Below, one piece after another: positions 31,701-41,200 of a stretch of 64,000 bases of DNA (the stretch's first letter is position 1; each line of letters begins with the position of its first letter). The notes under the pieces were generated by a model, which was not told where the DNA came from, did not search any database, and was given only the letters and a program-made list of their open reading frames with translations. The position numbers and the translations under genes were made by a program. Origin of the DNA: a virus; the IMG/VR virus record IMGVR_UViG_3300020165_003419, positions 1 through 64,000 of that record. One strand, given 5' to 3'.

Positions 31701-34464
31701 CGGATTTATTAATCGAAACTATTTGTTTTAAGTTATTTTTAACCTCGTAGATGTTGTTATCAGAATAGATTTTTAACTGCACAAGATCGTCATCAATATT
31801 GAAACACCTAAGAACGTTTTTAAATGCGTTTTCGGTACCCTTGGCTTTATAGATGTTAGCAAGGTTGTTATATAAATTTTGATAAATTAAGTTTTTAGTA
31901 TCAAATAAATTATTCTCAAATATTCTTGTGTCGTTTCTGTTTAACAACTGTTCTTGTACTGACGCATCTACAAAAATATCAGGTACGTACATACCCAAAG
32001 ATTGCGGAAGATGATTGGCGAAGGGTATAGCTGATCCTGATTCGCCTACATAATTTACTTGTTTAAACTTTGGAAACTCTTTTGTCAACAAGTGGACATT
32101 ATCAAAATATGAGCCCACAATATGAGAAATAACGTCAAGATTGTTGTTTTCCGTATCTTCGTGAGCTTCAAGAACCCAACTTGGTGCGTGATTTACGAAT
32201 GCTGAATGGTTAGTCGAGTCGTAAAATTTACCAACATCTAATAAATCTTGTCGGACGGATATATAGTTCGGGTGATTTGATCTTATGATCGGTTCTTCAT
32301 ATTCTGATATAGCTGCCGAGGCTGACAAAATCGCAGAACCTGTGTTTCTAGACTGAGCAGCATATCCTGTCCATGCTCCGTTGGATATTCGTCCGGAATA
32401 ATCTGATACTATACTGTCAGTCGCGGTGACACCAGTGATTCCTTCATTAAATTTAAAATAGACACCCAATGTAGTGTTTGAGATATCTGTATTAGAGCCG
32501 CCGCCAACTCTGTCGAAGTGATTTTCTGCTACTTGTGCAGCGTTTCGTTCTGCTTTCCAAAACCTAAACTCGTCAATAGAGCCGGAAAGCTTGCCGGCGC
32601 CGGGAGCGCCAGAAGTTCCGACCGGGGCGGTCTGCAAAGCTCCAATTCGTCCGATGGCAGATTTATTGTTTAGATCAGCTATCAGGGCTGTCGTTTTAGC
32701 CGGCATAGCAGTAGCACTGTAAATTGTTTTTATATCTGCTGCCGACACCGGTGTGTTCCATACAGCAACATCTGCGATATTTCCTTTGAAGGGTCCGGTG
32801 CCAGACGTGCTGTCTCCGATTAAACAATCATCTGAATCGCCGGCGCCGATGATCCCATAATAAGCACCCGTTCTCGAACTGGGAGAAGAAGCCCATGCAA
32901 CTACTGCCCCATTCACGTATACTACTGGATTATTGGACGTTGAGTTAGCATCGTAAGTGACGGCTACGTGTGTCCAGGTACTTAAGGGTATGACACTATT
33001 TGCTGTTGACCAAGTATAGCTGGTTCCGGCGCCCCATTTAACATTAAAGTTTAATTTTTCATCTGCATCAGTCCAGAATCCTATGTCTGTGTCAGCAAAG
33101 TCTATAATTCTGTCTCTAGTTGTTGTGCCCGATGTACCATCTGTCTTGTAAATCCAAGCAGCAAATGACATTTGTTGTGTCGAACCTTCTGCGTTCCCAA
33201 TCAATGAATCCCATAAACTGTCAGTGCCAATTTCAATATGATCATTAGAACCATCGAAAGTTGCACTACCAGAAGGTGAAATATAAAGATGTGGTCTCAA
33301 GCTTGTGCTAACTGTTGGAAGGTCTGCTCCGTCGCAGATACCATTTCGATTTTTACCGCTGCTATCAGGCCACTGGAGTCCCACGACATCGTTGAGGCGC
33401 CACCAACCTTGCAAACTTTCTTCCGAGCTATATGAGGAAGTAACGGTAGATGAGTTGTATGAGCGGAACGCGGCGGACAAATCATATGCTCGCCTGGATT
33501 CATCGTCTAATTTTCCATTAACGTATAATTTTGTCTTAAAAAGAGAGCCACTGTTGACCATGGAGATAGCGTAGTGTTTCCAATCTGACATTTCGTAATG
33601 CAGTTTACTACTTCCAAGACTAATAAAGTTTCTTGTTGTTGTAGTGCCAGACATCACAGTGACAACAAAAGGCTTTTGTGCGGCGCCGTTTCTACTAGTT
33701 GAGCTGGTTAATTCTACTAGAATGCGACCGTAGCTATTACTAGATGCCGCTTCTTGGTTCCACCAATCAAAAAGAACTTGTTTCTCTGTCAGTGATGTGC
33801 TGATTGAGCCAGTGTTTAACCAAAATTCAACTGTTACTCCAGTATCAAAGTCTGCGTGTAAGTTAGACTGCCTGGTACCTTTGCCATAGTCTGTGGGTAA
33901 CCCAGCAGTCTCATAGATACTCTCATCATAGATGTTGCTACGATCTATCTTAGAGGAGTGTTCGTCTGGGGATTGATCTTTTAAGGAGGTGCCTTGTGAG
34001 CCAGTATGGGGACCACCCTTGAAAGTTATGTATTCCAATTTACTTGGTAAGCCATATCCGTCAGCCGTTGAAGTCTGTGTTCCCCAACCCACTTCTCCAA
34101 CTGAATTTGGATTTGCTGATATTACAGCGTAACCAGTAGATCTGGGGTATTTCTTATTAAAGATATACTTTTCTACTGGCAGCAGCTTATTGTAGAATGC
34201 GTTTTGTTCTGCTAATGAACCATCATAAGGATAAAAATCTGAGACATGGTCGAACCCAGACTTGTAATAAAGATAGGCTGATCCGTAGAATACAAATTTT
34301 TCTGGATTTGAGTAGTCAATATCTGGAACAAAAGTTCGTTGTTCTTCTATTATATTAATTGCATTATCTGACGACTCAACTGACGCATATGCACCTTTCT
34401 CGGTTTCATAATCGCTATATTGTGTTGTCTTGTTTGATGCGTCAAAAAGTTTTTTAATGCTCAT
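22744..34464 (-). CDS. Giant baseplate/tail-associated protein with LamG (concanavalin A-like) domains
   Basis: 3906 aa. LamG motifs VTVEFWL/WKHYAIS/LYVNG, MSFAAWI/WTHVAVTYD/FKGNIADVAVW and FSYAAWI/WHHLAVV/FTGSMDQVTLW. The KAKGTENAFKNVLRCF segment is typical of baseplate wedge (gp7/gpI-like) proteins. Confidence 0.75.
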   Translation of the reverse strand: MSIKKLFDASNKTTQYSDYETEKGAYASVESSDNAINIIEEQRTFVPDIDYSNPEKFVFYGSAYLYYKSGFDHVSDFYPYDGSLAEQNAFYNKLLPVEKYIFNKKYPRSTGYAVISANPNSVGEVGWGTQTSTADGYGLPSKLEYITFKGGPHTGSQGTSLKDQSPDEHSSKIDRSNIYDESIYETAGLPTDYGKGTRQSNLHADFDTGVTVEFWLNTGSISTSLTEKQVLFDWWNQEAASSNSYGRILVELTSSTSRNGAAQKPFVVTVMSGTTTTRNFISLGSSKLHYEMSDWKHYAISMVNSGSLFKTKLYVNGKLDDESRRAYDLSAAFRSYNSSTVTSSYSSEESLQGWWRLNDVVGLQWPDSSGKNRNGICDGADLPTVSTSLRPHLYISPSGSATFDGSNDHIEIGTDSLWDSLIGNAEGSTQQMSFAAWIYKTDGTSGTTTRDRIIDFADTDIGFWTDADEKLNFNVKWGAGTSYTWSTANSVIPLSTWTHVAVTYDANSTSNNPVVYVNGAVVAWASSPSSRTGAYYGIIGAGDSDDCLIGDSTSGTGPFKGNIADVAVWNTPVSAADIKTIYSATAMPAKTTALIADLNNKSAIGRIGALQTAPVGTSGAPGAGKLSGSIDEFRFWKAERNAAQVAENHFDRVGGGSNTDISNTTLGVYFKFNEGITGVTATDSIVSDYSGRISNGAWTGYAAQSRNTGSAILSASAAISEYEEPIIRSNHPNYISVRQDLLDVGKFYDSTNHSAFVNHAPSWVLEAHEDTENNNLDVISHIVGSYFDNVHLLTKEFPKFKQVNYVGESGSAIPFANHLPQSLGMYVPDIFVDASVQEQLLNRNDTRIFENNLFDTKNLIYQNLYNNLANIYKAKGTENAFKNVLRCFNIDDDLVQLKIYSDNNIYEVKNNLKQIVSINKSANFNKASQTSAVVYQRSASTNQDSRGFISGSSIQGYTGGAYEKNYGFTAEADVIFPKFFNTKDRVDRSFTQVSLFGAVQLAHPVNPAHQKGTNTSTPRTGSISRLANFQVYAVRDASNSKNVRFKLESSGSANPFPTLTSSLFKGVYDNNRWNLSVRLKPKSVGLTGFVSGSSLGYDLIFRGVHSVLGTIKDSFQVSSSISATTGSNFLTNHKRLYAGAYRNNLTGTLVSNSDVKISNVKYWAKHLENSDLELHLYDVNNSGVSGSYKNISALDTSTNMVDNLNKDTLVLEWNFDALTSSNAAGNFVTQDFSSGSSVIRENYGWLGKLTGYQYSGYGNFFDASSTNVIDRERVNSFKFVDPEEVVSSEMISILNDDDELLGFEQTIPNYVITAEKSMYRAISEEMLIFFSGIVDFNNTIGAPVNRYRGRYKDLEKLREAFFRRVKDTKDIEKFINYYKWFDTAITEIFSQLVPASANFVDGITNLVESHVLERNKYRTPFPTLEAKQPDPEAAMYGVGEKNYPYETGFTTLPTSPRKTTKQVDYWKMRAERSSVEISSGDANIDNQREKFREVINSRPVLSSSRDNIIVSNASTKYTPKKFANKNFQQTNIFSSDIPNARTYKGGTNFSIDKNIEFSKAALYPGGPVNQKGGVFVPQNILLSFNDDFLAITDFKDPSKTPAKKIKRVVPVDYGRHHDDKDGYYHVKSSKAFPFNIISSSLNSGYQSDVQAGLGLNIEITNLHNDVYGEDQEKPLQGIFTEHNVGGNQHRHTPLNTGTDNNNNRPEAWRILLGACAASVSGAIGMVGADYPMSPDYVAPPGANQPYPHADYPRATHYRDMVAKRPFNFKNIRITGSTKLGNYTNTYEIVSTFGAHSNPRQFIENLPVLPTNVFQGAATSSTSVRTFLDTKPTRDYDTVDREHFNFVNEYNVGYLTGTANKSVIKTKFSAPGGIEVMTPGYTDFRADEFSVYNALNYKNLSVLKPSQGPSGTISETYGIRVNDIHNLDFGLRSHLARHTARFGRDSNLALNPGASYAELPGMHKVHRNNLQRDKVLTETVVGVRTGPRLINDKSLYWGTDASRGMQLINADSASASTFLTSSRASGFSYAAWIRFSPAFNQGHLYNLGKSGAGGDPFFEIKKNYVSNAHRLELFARTRATDPHGGTAALAQYYITSSVLDDGNWHHLAVVCPTSSTNGAGYIGTDVAMYIDGAALNVITGTSPNNRFDAKRVVGTYQVRSKVKRDGQTALVIGGQSDGTGTGGGSSIFTGSMDQVTLWVGSLRATDVAALYNGGTPCDVTSSAPYVSSSATLYAWYKMGGAERDDKLNTSNTGVFVSGSNVVWDWKPENSRNLFPMSAVNTNFNTLTMSNAYRNEIPAPLAGCTPPISRYETQRTFKSSSLYDNFFVKHQIPRSSRQYAWITASLVSTNGHVGFVPTDFKISSSAGYIDAYNFVSASEIGSYDPTMAARRFGYRASNGAGYLQQVSDLNLNIYEPLTSSTNTLGQGTTHIIDYINNADALVKVVPLSRSPNAFNNLMFKRGNQYGFPSWKQTRQAQHPIIREQRKENKLQIMIDQAPRTYNMQPVSFRQKIQEIGIQDVTGQRHKLKTTHQPQYFATTELDNRLISVTANERVTPLQAVVIASYQAPSITNINYIKYSEASYPASRNEFVSHSTQRLNYSNDYWHSNREQRNILGADLYTGTYFTQVTGAYVRTSALGYKVSASAWALDAPTHFLTRRGPSAENKNTAQIIARWGEAPQRNYDWLGTGSAGELQNDWQSFFIESNKYPGAPTGQGTFFARDVYRAYNAVASPLYARKHLLSSPLSVINPNSITNTLAGRNGVAPNSQTARLGFSRAAGPAATPWLISSASEIFAGEALWEANKNAVIISDVLPNYKDQGRTRYRGKFTPTAPAYDSYAKFVESIRLQSRGRSIVPEYRISRNLPDYLSYGSPFSEGKQDYFDIPGSSINSSQQGFYIDYSNSDFLKYFAEVGSNSGLNPAEIRLVCSASIKFHPYKGFFPSQRTMDLVSEFKNSYENHARTKVKIAAAAGSNAYAGKNVFNVVPGGFRPVMQTYFAPGILYNTIKSGIAVDYPILYNRYKMLVGSHYINTSYTASTGDYAATTTNCGPHVPIMSDYMINTRTEEFMTASSSGSLEKGVVPANRLDRGYGSFWDQRVPFEAIIEPNMMANTQFADCEAHPSATINAVASYEASSDPTYTLMAKNFFGGVADFYLKNSEFTSLKSETVYKDDYRFETGSVFMARVKMRRSVTGSRDYSFESGSFMPESYTQGGGTALLPRLSTGPTDTAAIMYDQGSYFELPQDPMFAPNFNETFTMYSRPTAFGPPVAGHAGNVTSSHSYFPTTSQGLTPISAYTSSAHRSGSGDTYQIMDSVKGYNWSFTPPYYHGESWADLIFRPKGDVAYDLERILAETTVNYWRVDPGPKLKGYGITYSANHISSQVGASGSIGSNTSYRPKYGYIANQEYTSLIHDPKYKGQGEVVSTAPYAGSSINGNSMQLSASLNLFGVERVFKETTGTSANSANNANGLKSDVAAEQTNEVVGKRWIISTKFETPMLNFSDKYQQMPVSSSIDRTKGNVLLNYRTSTKTLPTFGSASAPNGMWHQFGEIPRDKKTGVFVEIDDMPKNWLRNHYQVRLSGSIYNDGIPDYAGALAKEGQVGSLRDLCGFKKTKTNSRIGELKDSHTINEAIVAIPYVVESTSENLKDSQTFSNFNGKYLFRLPAAGESTSPDAAAVINKQTQTMNKYILPPQFDFINYPDNAAPVVMYFFEFSYTFDKDDLSYMWQNLMPRNHEKGFFKTAVAEHRLSAGYPLEAGDILNNTNMRWMVFKVKQRSQADYYDYVNRQAGSSETISRDDDSPMQFNWPYDFCSIIESINMDTEVLFNNRPENSGKNTSVNYGGSISSEGNITAASAATYTASPTQSLATIPSGQVLNTNVSATRTQMSSAPTQAAAPAATAGAPSGNNIGNY

Positions 34465-34465
34465 T

Positions 34466-36025
34466 TTAGCTCTCTTTCACCCTAAATTTAAAAGCCTTAT
34501 CTTGTTCGACCCATGAATTAAGTCTATCATCATAAAACACAAATTTAAAGGCGTAAGAGTAACCTTTTTCAAGAAGGCTCATATCAAAATCAAAATAATT
34601 GCCAGAAACATTGTACGACAGCGCTGTGTGTAAATCACTTCCGGTTCCATAAGGAACAACCATTTGGTCATCAATTATGCGCATCACCCCATATGAAGCG
34701 CTGCGGATGCCGACAGATTCTATATCATTGTTCGCCACATTATAGATTGTAGGGCTCCAATTTTTCTCTCGGACATAAAGGTTAAGTCTTACTTTTTCCT
34801 TGTCAGAATACCCATTCTTGAGGTTTGAGATGTTAAGATAGTAGGTTGGCTCATTTGATGTAACACCGCCGGCAGTGTTGAAGTTTTCTGGCGTTAACGT
34901 GCCAGTAAAATATTGTTTGGCTGATGCGGACGCATTAACAACAGTGTTAGAACCACTAAACCATACATCATAAAGTGTATCAAGATTTTCTGACGAGGTA
35001 AAGCACACTGAGCATGAGTAAATACCGGTTGAAACCCAGCCTCCCGTAACAACTGTTTTCGCGGTACTGGTATTATTTAAGAATATTGCTGATCCCGAAG
35101 GTCCAGTATTATCGATTGAGCCCGAGAACAAGCTAACACACACATCTCCACCAGAAGGAATTCCAGGAAGGTTTACAAGTCTTCCTCGAACAATATTATA
35201 AAAATAAATCTTGTTTAAGTTATCTGCTGCGGGTGCGCGAGAACTGCTGAAATAAACATTTGCCCTATCATCTTTAATAGAGGAATCCCAGCGGGCTTCA
35301 ATCATCGGCCTCTTAAAGAAATATTGTGTGCCTCTTCCAAAAAATCTTTTGGTGTAATAAGAATCTTTGGCTCCAAGAGAATTCGTTACAACTGAAGTAT
35401 CTGTTCTTCCGTATGTCTCTGATGCGGAAGCTTCGTAAGACGCACTCAAGCGGATGCCTACACCATAGTTTGTCTGATCTCCAGCCAACCATCGCTCAAC
35501 AAGTGGTGTTATGTTAACATCGATGTCTTCTAATCCACCGGATAAATGCGTGGTATATAAATAATCTGAGTGTTCCCTATAGGTTCCTCCACGATCGAAC
35601 CAGCTAGCGCCCTTCTTTCTCTGTATCCAGTTTGAGCCTATCTGTCCGCTGGTATCATCGGCATAGTTTTCTAAATCTAGTCCAATACCTTCTTCCCAGT
35701 CTTGACTTATAGCGGCAATATTTAATTTATATTCGATTGGTACCGTTTTAGAGTGAGGTGCATTAAACATTTTTAGATAAAAACTTACACTGCCGCTCGC
35801 CGGAATTGTGCCGGCAGTGCGATCAGCGGCAATACCAGTTGTTGGAAACTTGATAATTGCTCTCGATAATTCTTGCGACGCTGACGTTATACGACCGTAA
35901 ATTGAAAATACTTCTAACACGTCCGCCATACCAGCGTTTGAGCCAGTCGCTCGTTTATTGAGCGCAGGTTTATAAGCACTAACAATTGTATTATCAGCTG
36001 ATGCTGTGTACCTAAAGAGACCCAT
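34466..36025 (-). CDS. Virion structural protein (DNRLRE/CBM-like N-terminal domain)
   Basis: ADNTI...SRAIIKF...FYLKMFN...WEEG...DVNITPLVERWL...NYG pattern; follows the gp6-like gene. Confidence 0.55.
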   Translation of the reverse strand: MGLFRYTASADNTIVSAYKPALNKRATGSNAGMADVLEVFSIYGRITSASQELSRAIIKFPTTGIAADRTAGTIPASGSVSFYLKMFNAPHSKTVPIEYKLNIAAISQDWEEGIGLDLENYADDTSGQIGSNWIQRKKGASWFDRGGTYREHSDYLYTTHLSGGLEDIDVNITPLVERWLAGDQTNYGVGIRLSASYEASASETYGRTDTSVVTNSLGAKDSYYTKRFFGRGTQYFFKRPMIEARWDSSIKDDRANVYFSSSRAPAADNLNKIYFYNIVRGRLVNLPGIPSGGDVCVSLFSGSIDNTGPSGSAIFLNNTSTAKTVVTGGWVSTGIYSCSVCFTSSENLDTLYDVWFSGSNTVVNASASAKQYFTGTLTPENFNTAGGVTSNEPTYYLNISNLKNGYSDKEKVRLNLYVREKNWSPTIYNVANNDIESVGIRSASYGVMRIIDDQMVVPYGTGSDLHTALSYNVSGNYFDFDMSLLEKGYSYAFKFVFYDDRLNSWVEQDKAFKFRVKES

Positions 36026-37821
36026 TATCTAATCTTACCTCTAATATCTACTTCTGGAAATTTTAATTCAAAAATTGCGTTAGCTGGACATAGCAACTGG
36101 CTACCATCTGGAGACATATTTTTGTTTATTACAAACGTTGTAGCCGAATACTGACCACCAGTTTTATTATTTATTTTTACACTCACAACATCTAACACTG
36201 CGTCCAAGTCTTTTAGAGCAGTATAGATGCTACTAACATACATTGGCTCGCCAATAAAAAACCCTTCTGAAAATATACTTTTGATTTTCGCCACTGCCAT
36301 GGCTTGGATATCTGAGCGCGCATGTCCGGGCTTAAGCTTTAATACAAAATCAACTCCTAAATTAATTATATAAGGATCTAAAATGTCGATTGTGTCATTA
36401 ACCATTCGATAATTGTTTAACCAAGTCTGCAGGTTTTTCTTAATTGTGTTATTGGTAGTGGTCAGTTTACGAAAACTGTCCTCAGATACAACATACATAT
36501 TTAAGTTTCTTTTCATAGAGTCTTGGTCTTTGACCACAAGACATCTTTTAATTGAACCATACTTTCCTGGCATTCTGTATGCTATGTTTTCATAATCTGC
36601 CTGCGTAACCGCTCGATTTTGAGTTGGAAACGTATCGTATATTCTTCTTTTAATTTCAGACGTTGATGGGCTTGTTACATCACCTGTTATTGGCTTACTG
36701 TTTGAAACTTCCAAGCTATTTGTTAATGTATTTATTTCGTTGTTACTTAATACTGTTCTATCTTCAAATTCTAATATAGGAGAGGCAACTACGTTTACAG
36801 CATTGGATGCAACGTTAGAGTTCGTATTATTTGTAGTCCGGTAAACAATGAACAGAGAAGTATTAGATGGTACGATCCCATAGCTAATATTTTGTGATAG
36901 CCTAGTTGGATCAAAAGAAGTGTTAGTGACGTAATCTTTACCAAAAACGTCTATTGCAACTGACTGCGGTGATGCCACTACGTCTGTTTGGTTCGCATCA
37001 CCGGATCCAAATTGTAAAAAATATCCATCTCTACTAAATTCTGACACAAACTTTCGTGATACCAGCATTGGCTTCAATACAGACGGCACATTGTCATTTT
37101 TAAAATTTTCATTGGGTAGCTCTTTATAAACCATATCTTGAGCCAGATAGTCAACTTCGTAATATTGATTACCTTCTGCATCGAAAACTGAAATAATTTC
37201 TACAATGTTTCGATTAGTCAGCTTCACTTTCTTAAATCGTTCAAAAGCTCCGACCTTAACTGTTTGCTGCCCTAACTTTCCAGAAACTACGCGGCCGGTT
37301 GCACGTATAGCGTAATAAGTGGGGGCGCCGGTGGTATTATCAACTTGAGCCACAATAACTGGGTTTGAGGGGTCATTAAAATCTGTATTTTCTATTAACA
37401 TAAAAGACAAGCCATTCCTAGAGGTAAATCTTGTTCCTCTTTTTAAAATTGGAATGTATCGTGTGTCCGGTCCTAAACCGCTCGAAGCTGCGGGTATTTG
37501 AACATAAAGGTTAACTTCTCCAAAAGTAGAAGAGCGCCCAGGGGCTTTGTACCCTAATGCTCTTCCGTGGCGGACCACATTACTATATTGAAACGAGGTA
37601 TCTAAAAAAGATTCATTGATATTGTAATCTAAATAGAAATTAAGCTGATCGCCGACGTAGGCAACCGCATCTAACATCATGGCTCCAAACGAAGCCTCAC
37701 TAAAGTCTTGGAAGGTATCGGGGTAGAATCGCTCTGCCATTTCCAAGAGATCTTGGCGAATTTCTGTAAATTCTCTATTAGTGTAGTTTATTGGTATGAA
37801 TTTTTTTTGGTCTTCTGCCAT
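36025..37821 (-). CDS. Baseplate wedge subunit (T4 gp6-like)
   Basis: INYTNREFTEIRQDL...FQDFSEASFGAMMLDAVAYVGDQLNFYLD...NESFL...LGY...QNRAVTQADY. Confidence 0.85.
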   Translation of the reverse strand: MAEDQKKFIPINYTNREFTEIRQDLLEMAERFYPDTFQDFSEASFGAMMLDAVAYVGDQLNFYLDYNINESFLDTSFQYSNVVRHGRALGYKAPGRSSTFGEVNLYVQIPAASSGLGPDTRYIPILKRGTRFTSRNGLSFMLIENTDFNDPSNPVIVAQVDNTTGAPTYYAIRATGRVVSGKLGQQTVKVGAFERFKKVKLTNRNIVEIISVFDAEGNQYYEVDYLAQDMVYKELPNENFKNDNVPSVLKPMLVSRKFVSEFSRDGYFLQFGSGDANQTDVVASPQSVAIDVFGKDYVTNTSFDPTRLSQNISYGIVPSNTSLFIVYRTTNNTNSNVASNAVNVVASPILEFEDRTVLSNNEINTLTNSLEVSNSKPITGDVTSPSTSEIKRRIYDTFPTQNRAVTQADYENIAYRMPGKYGSIKRCLVVKDQDSMKRNLNMYVVSEDSFRKLTTTNNTIKKNLQTWLNNYRMVNDTIDILDPYIINLGVDFVLKLKPGHARSDIQAMAVAKIKSIFSEGFFIGEPMYVSSIYTALKDLDAVLDVVSVKINNKTGGQYSATTFVINKNMSPDGSQLLCPANAIFELKFPEVDIRGKIR

Positions 37822-37835
37822 TTTATTTCCTCACA

Positions 37836-38201
37836 TTAAATAGTAAGTTCAAGTAAATCTTTTATACCCATATCAGGGATCGAATAGGTTATTCTGATAG
37901 ATATGGTATTTGGAGCTTGAGCCGGTTCGGCAAAGTCGATGGCACCAACAATGATGGCTGGCATATATCTTCTAACTTGCTGGTTGATTTTTGCTATAAT
38001 TGCTGATCGGTAATCCGTTGATTTGTTGGTAAACAAAAATGTTTTGATTCCAACTCCGAATCCGGGCTCCATAACCCTCTCTCCCGGATTGGTAAGTATC
38101 AACATAATAAAATTTTGACGCAGCGTCTCCTTGACGGTATAATTCATAGCGAATCCGTCGGAAGAGTCTCTGTTAATTGGTAGTGATACGCCAAGTGCCA
38201 T
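37836..38201 (-). CDS. Baseplate wedge subunit (gp25/gpW-like)
   Basis: LRQNFIMLILTNPGERVMEPGFGVGIKTFLF is the gp25 signature. Confidence 0.9.
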   Translation of the reverse strand: MALGVSLPINRDSSDGFAMNYTVKETLRQNFIMLILTNPGERVMEPGFGVGIKTFLFTNKSTDYRSAIIAKINQQVRRYMPAIIVGAIDFAEPAQAPNTISIRITYSIPDMGIKDLLELTI

Positions 38202-38232
38202 AGTTATAACCTGTTATAATTATCTCGTTAAT

Positions 38233-41200
38233 TTAATTTTCTGGTTTTTTACACAAATCTCCATTAGCATTAAATGGATTATCGCGTAATTTGCTTCTTC
38301 TAAACCAGGGTAATATTCGGGCGCCCTTCGTGGGCTGTAGTGAAGCTTTTAGATTTTTAACGACCAGTGCAGCGTAATCTGTTGACTCGCCGTCGTCAGG
38401 CTCAAAATTAAACTTCCTGTTATAATAGTGGCTCTTAAATAGTTTTTTAATTCTACTTTTTGAGCTTTTAAGTAATGTTTGATCCCAATCATCCCAATCT
38501 AAATTAAATGGTGTAAAAACCTGCCTGTCGCTATACGATGCCCAAAGTGCATTGGATTCCGAATAATCGGCATCCCAATTCTCGGGTGCTCTTGGGAATG
38601 TAACTTTTATTCCGGGCTTAGATTCGAAAGTAGGTTTGGTCGAGTCGAGCATTCCGAGGAGAGTCGGGAAAGATTCGGCGTCTGCAACGGTCTGTTCTCC
38701 AATAGATGGCAGAAAACCCAGATCGTTATAAATTGCCAAAATCGATGGCACTTTTTTGGCAGAATACACTCCATTTAATACATATTGCATTTCTGGAACT
38801 TCTCTAAGCTGGTTAATCATGCAAAGTAATAGTTTGCTATTAGCTTCAATCGGAGCCGCGGCACCAACTGATAGATCTAGCATATCCATTTCTGTTGTTA
38901 CTAAAGTATATTTTTTGCCTGAAACTACTGCAGAGAACATCAATCCATATCTAGCTCCTAACTGCCCCGTGGTTCCTATGGGCGGCAGCGTTGTGTTCTG
39001 TTCGCCGTCTTGCCCAATTGGGTATACTAATTGCATATCTCCCGGATAAACTTCTGAAATATTAAGCGATAACTCATTACTTTTAATCCTTAATATAGCA
39101 TCGCTCGGGTTCATTTTTATTCCGTTAAGAGAGATATACTTCTCGATTACAAACGGGTGTGATTCTACAGTTGTGTAGCTCACCCCTGACGCATATTCAT
39201 TTATATCCCCAATAGGTACGACTAACTTGTTTGCGAAAGGAGTTAAGATATCATGTTGATCTTCAACGTGAAACTCTCCAGCCATATATATCACATTTCC
39301 ATCTTGATCTGTATGATTGTGGTAATAACCAACATATTCGCCACCTTCTGGCATTGAAAGCTCTCCGCCGGCTGTATAATGTTCCTCGCCTTCGGTGGGA
39401 AGACCAATTGGCTCTTCAACTATTTTCTTATCTAGATCCAACGTTTCGCCACCTTGGGTCATGTTTGACAAGATATAATAAAATATGTCATTAATTTTTG
39501 GTTCTACGCCGGCGTGTGCCATGTTTGTTAGGAATTTGTCACTAAGGAATTTCAATTCTTCTAATACAAATTCTTTTAAAACAATTTTCGCGTCTTCTTC
39601 AGTTGCTTGAACTGCTTCGAAATTCTTTTCGTCCCTGTATGTCCTCAGACCTCTTGTTTTAAGCGGCCAACGGTATGGTGCTTGTGTTTCATCTAAAACA
39701 TTTGCAATTTTGACGTCGTTTCTTTTATCAGTGATTCTTGGATATTTATAATTTTCTTGAGCGTCATTAATTCTAAATAAAGCTTGTAAGACTGCTTCCG
39801 GTGGATCTACAATTGTACCAGCGTCGACCAATCTGCCATAAGTTTGTACTGCCTGCTCTAGAAAAGCATACCAAAATTCGTCATCTTTAAAGGTGTTGAA
39901 GAATTCCCAGCCGGCGCCTTGAGCATCTCTAAAAGACCTCTCCATATTCTCAACTATATATTGTGGATATATTGTACTAAACACATTCTCAAAATCTGGT
40001 TTGAATATTGAAAATGTTGCGTATGTCTTCAAGTAATGCACACTAGCATAAATTCTACACGCGGATTTTATCAACCCTTGGATTCCTGCTTTGCCAGCGC
40101 GGGTTAATATTCTGTTGTATGGTACCTCTGTTACACAATCTGGATCTGATTGCAGTCTTTGATCTTCTGGAATTTCATTATACGTATCTGATATTTCTTT
40201 TGAGATAGAGCCAAAATCTACCAAGTCTGTATTGTGCGGCTTACACGGAGTAAACTCGGGGAACATTATGTTGACCATTCCCAGATATCCTTCGTGTTGT
40301 AAAGGTTTTATGTAGACTCCGGGGTTTGTATAAGACCCACCATAAGTGGTCGGATCAAGGTAGTAAACGCGGGCGTCATCTCCTCTTTCTAGTTGGTCCC
40401 TACTAACACCCATAATCATATCAGAATTTCTTATGGATCTTATCTCATTATCGTCGTCAAGAATGATCGCCTCTTCATATGGGGTGCCTGCTGCCGAGAG
40501 AGTTTGATCTTTTGCTACAACATATTCAGCATCTTCCTCAACCAGCGTGTCGTATTTTGCTCCATACATAAAAGCAAAATCATTCATTGCTATTTCTGTT
40601 TTAAACCTTTCAAATAGCTGGGTAACTACTTTACTGATATGTTCGTTTATAACTTGCTTAGACGGGATCACATCTAACACAGCGTTGTTGTTGATGAGAT
40701 CGTAAAGAAGAGCGACTGAAGGATTGTTTTCTGATTTTGATGAATAACATTCTGCAAATGTCGGATATTGTAGGGGATCTATTTCTCCAAAAGTATTGTC
40801 AATTGCGACAAACTCATAAAGCCTCTCATACATGAGAGGATCTCCATCAGAACTTGCTTTGTCTGATTTGTAATCTTTCCACTCGTCCGGACTCATCATA
40901 GCTCTTAGATCTGCACGATACATTGCTTTTAAATTAAATATGTTATTAATATTTATTCTTGTTGTGTCAAGTGGTTCAAACGCAGTTCCTAGGTTCGATA
41001 TTACTCCACCGGTTTCCATTAAATCTCCAAAATATGCGTCTATATCAAAACCGTATGCGAAACTCGTTCCCTCAAGGCTGCGGCGACCCTTGTTATTATC
41101 TCTAAATTTAAGTTTTATATCTTCGTCTGCTTTACGACCATTGCGAACAATTCTCATAGTCTCAGTGCCCAAGTTTGTTCTAAGTGACACGTTAAAGCCC

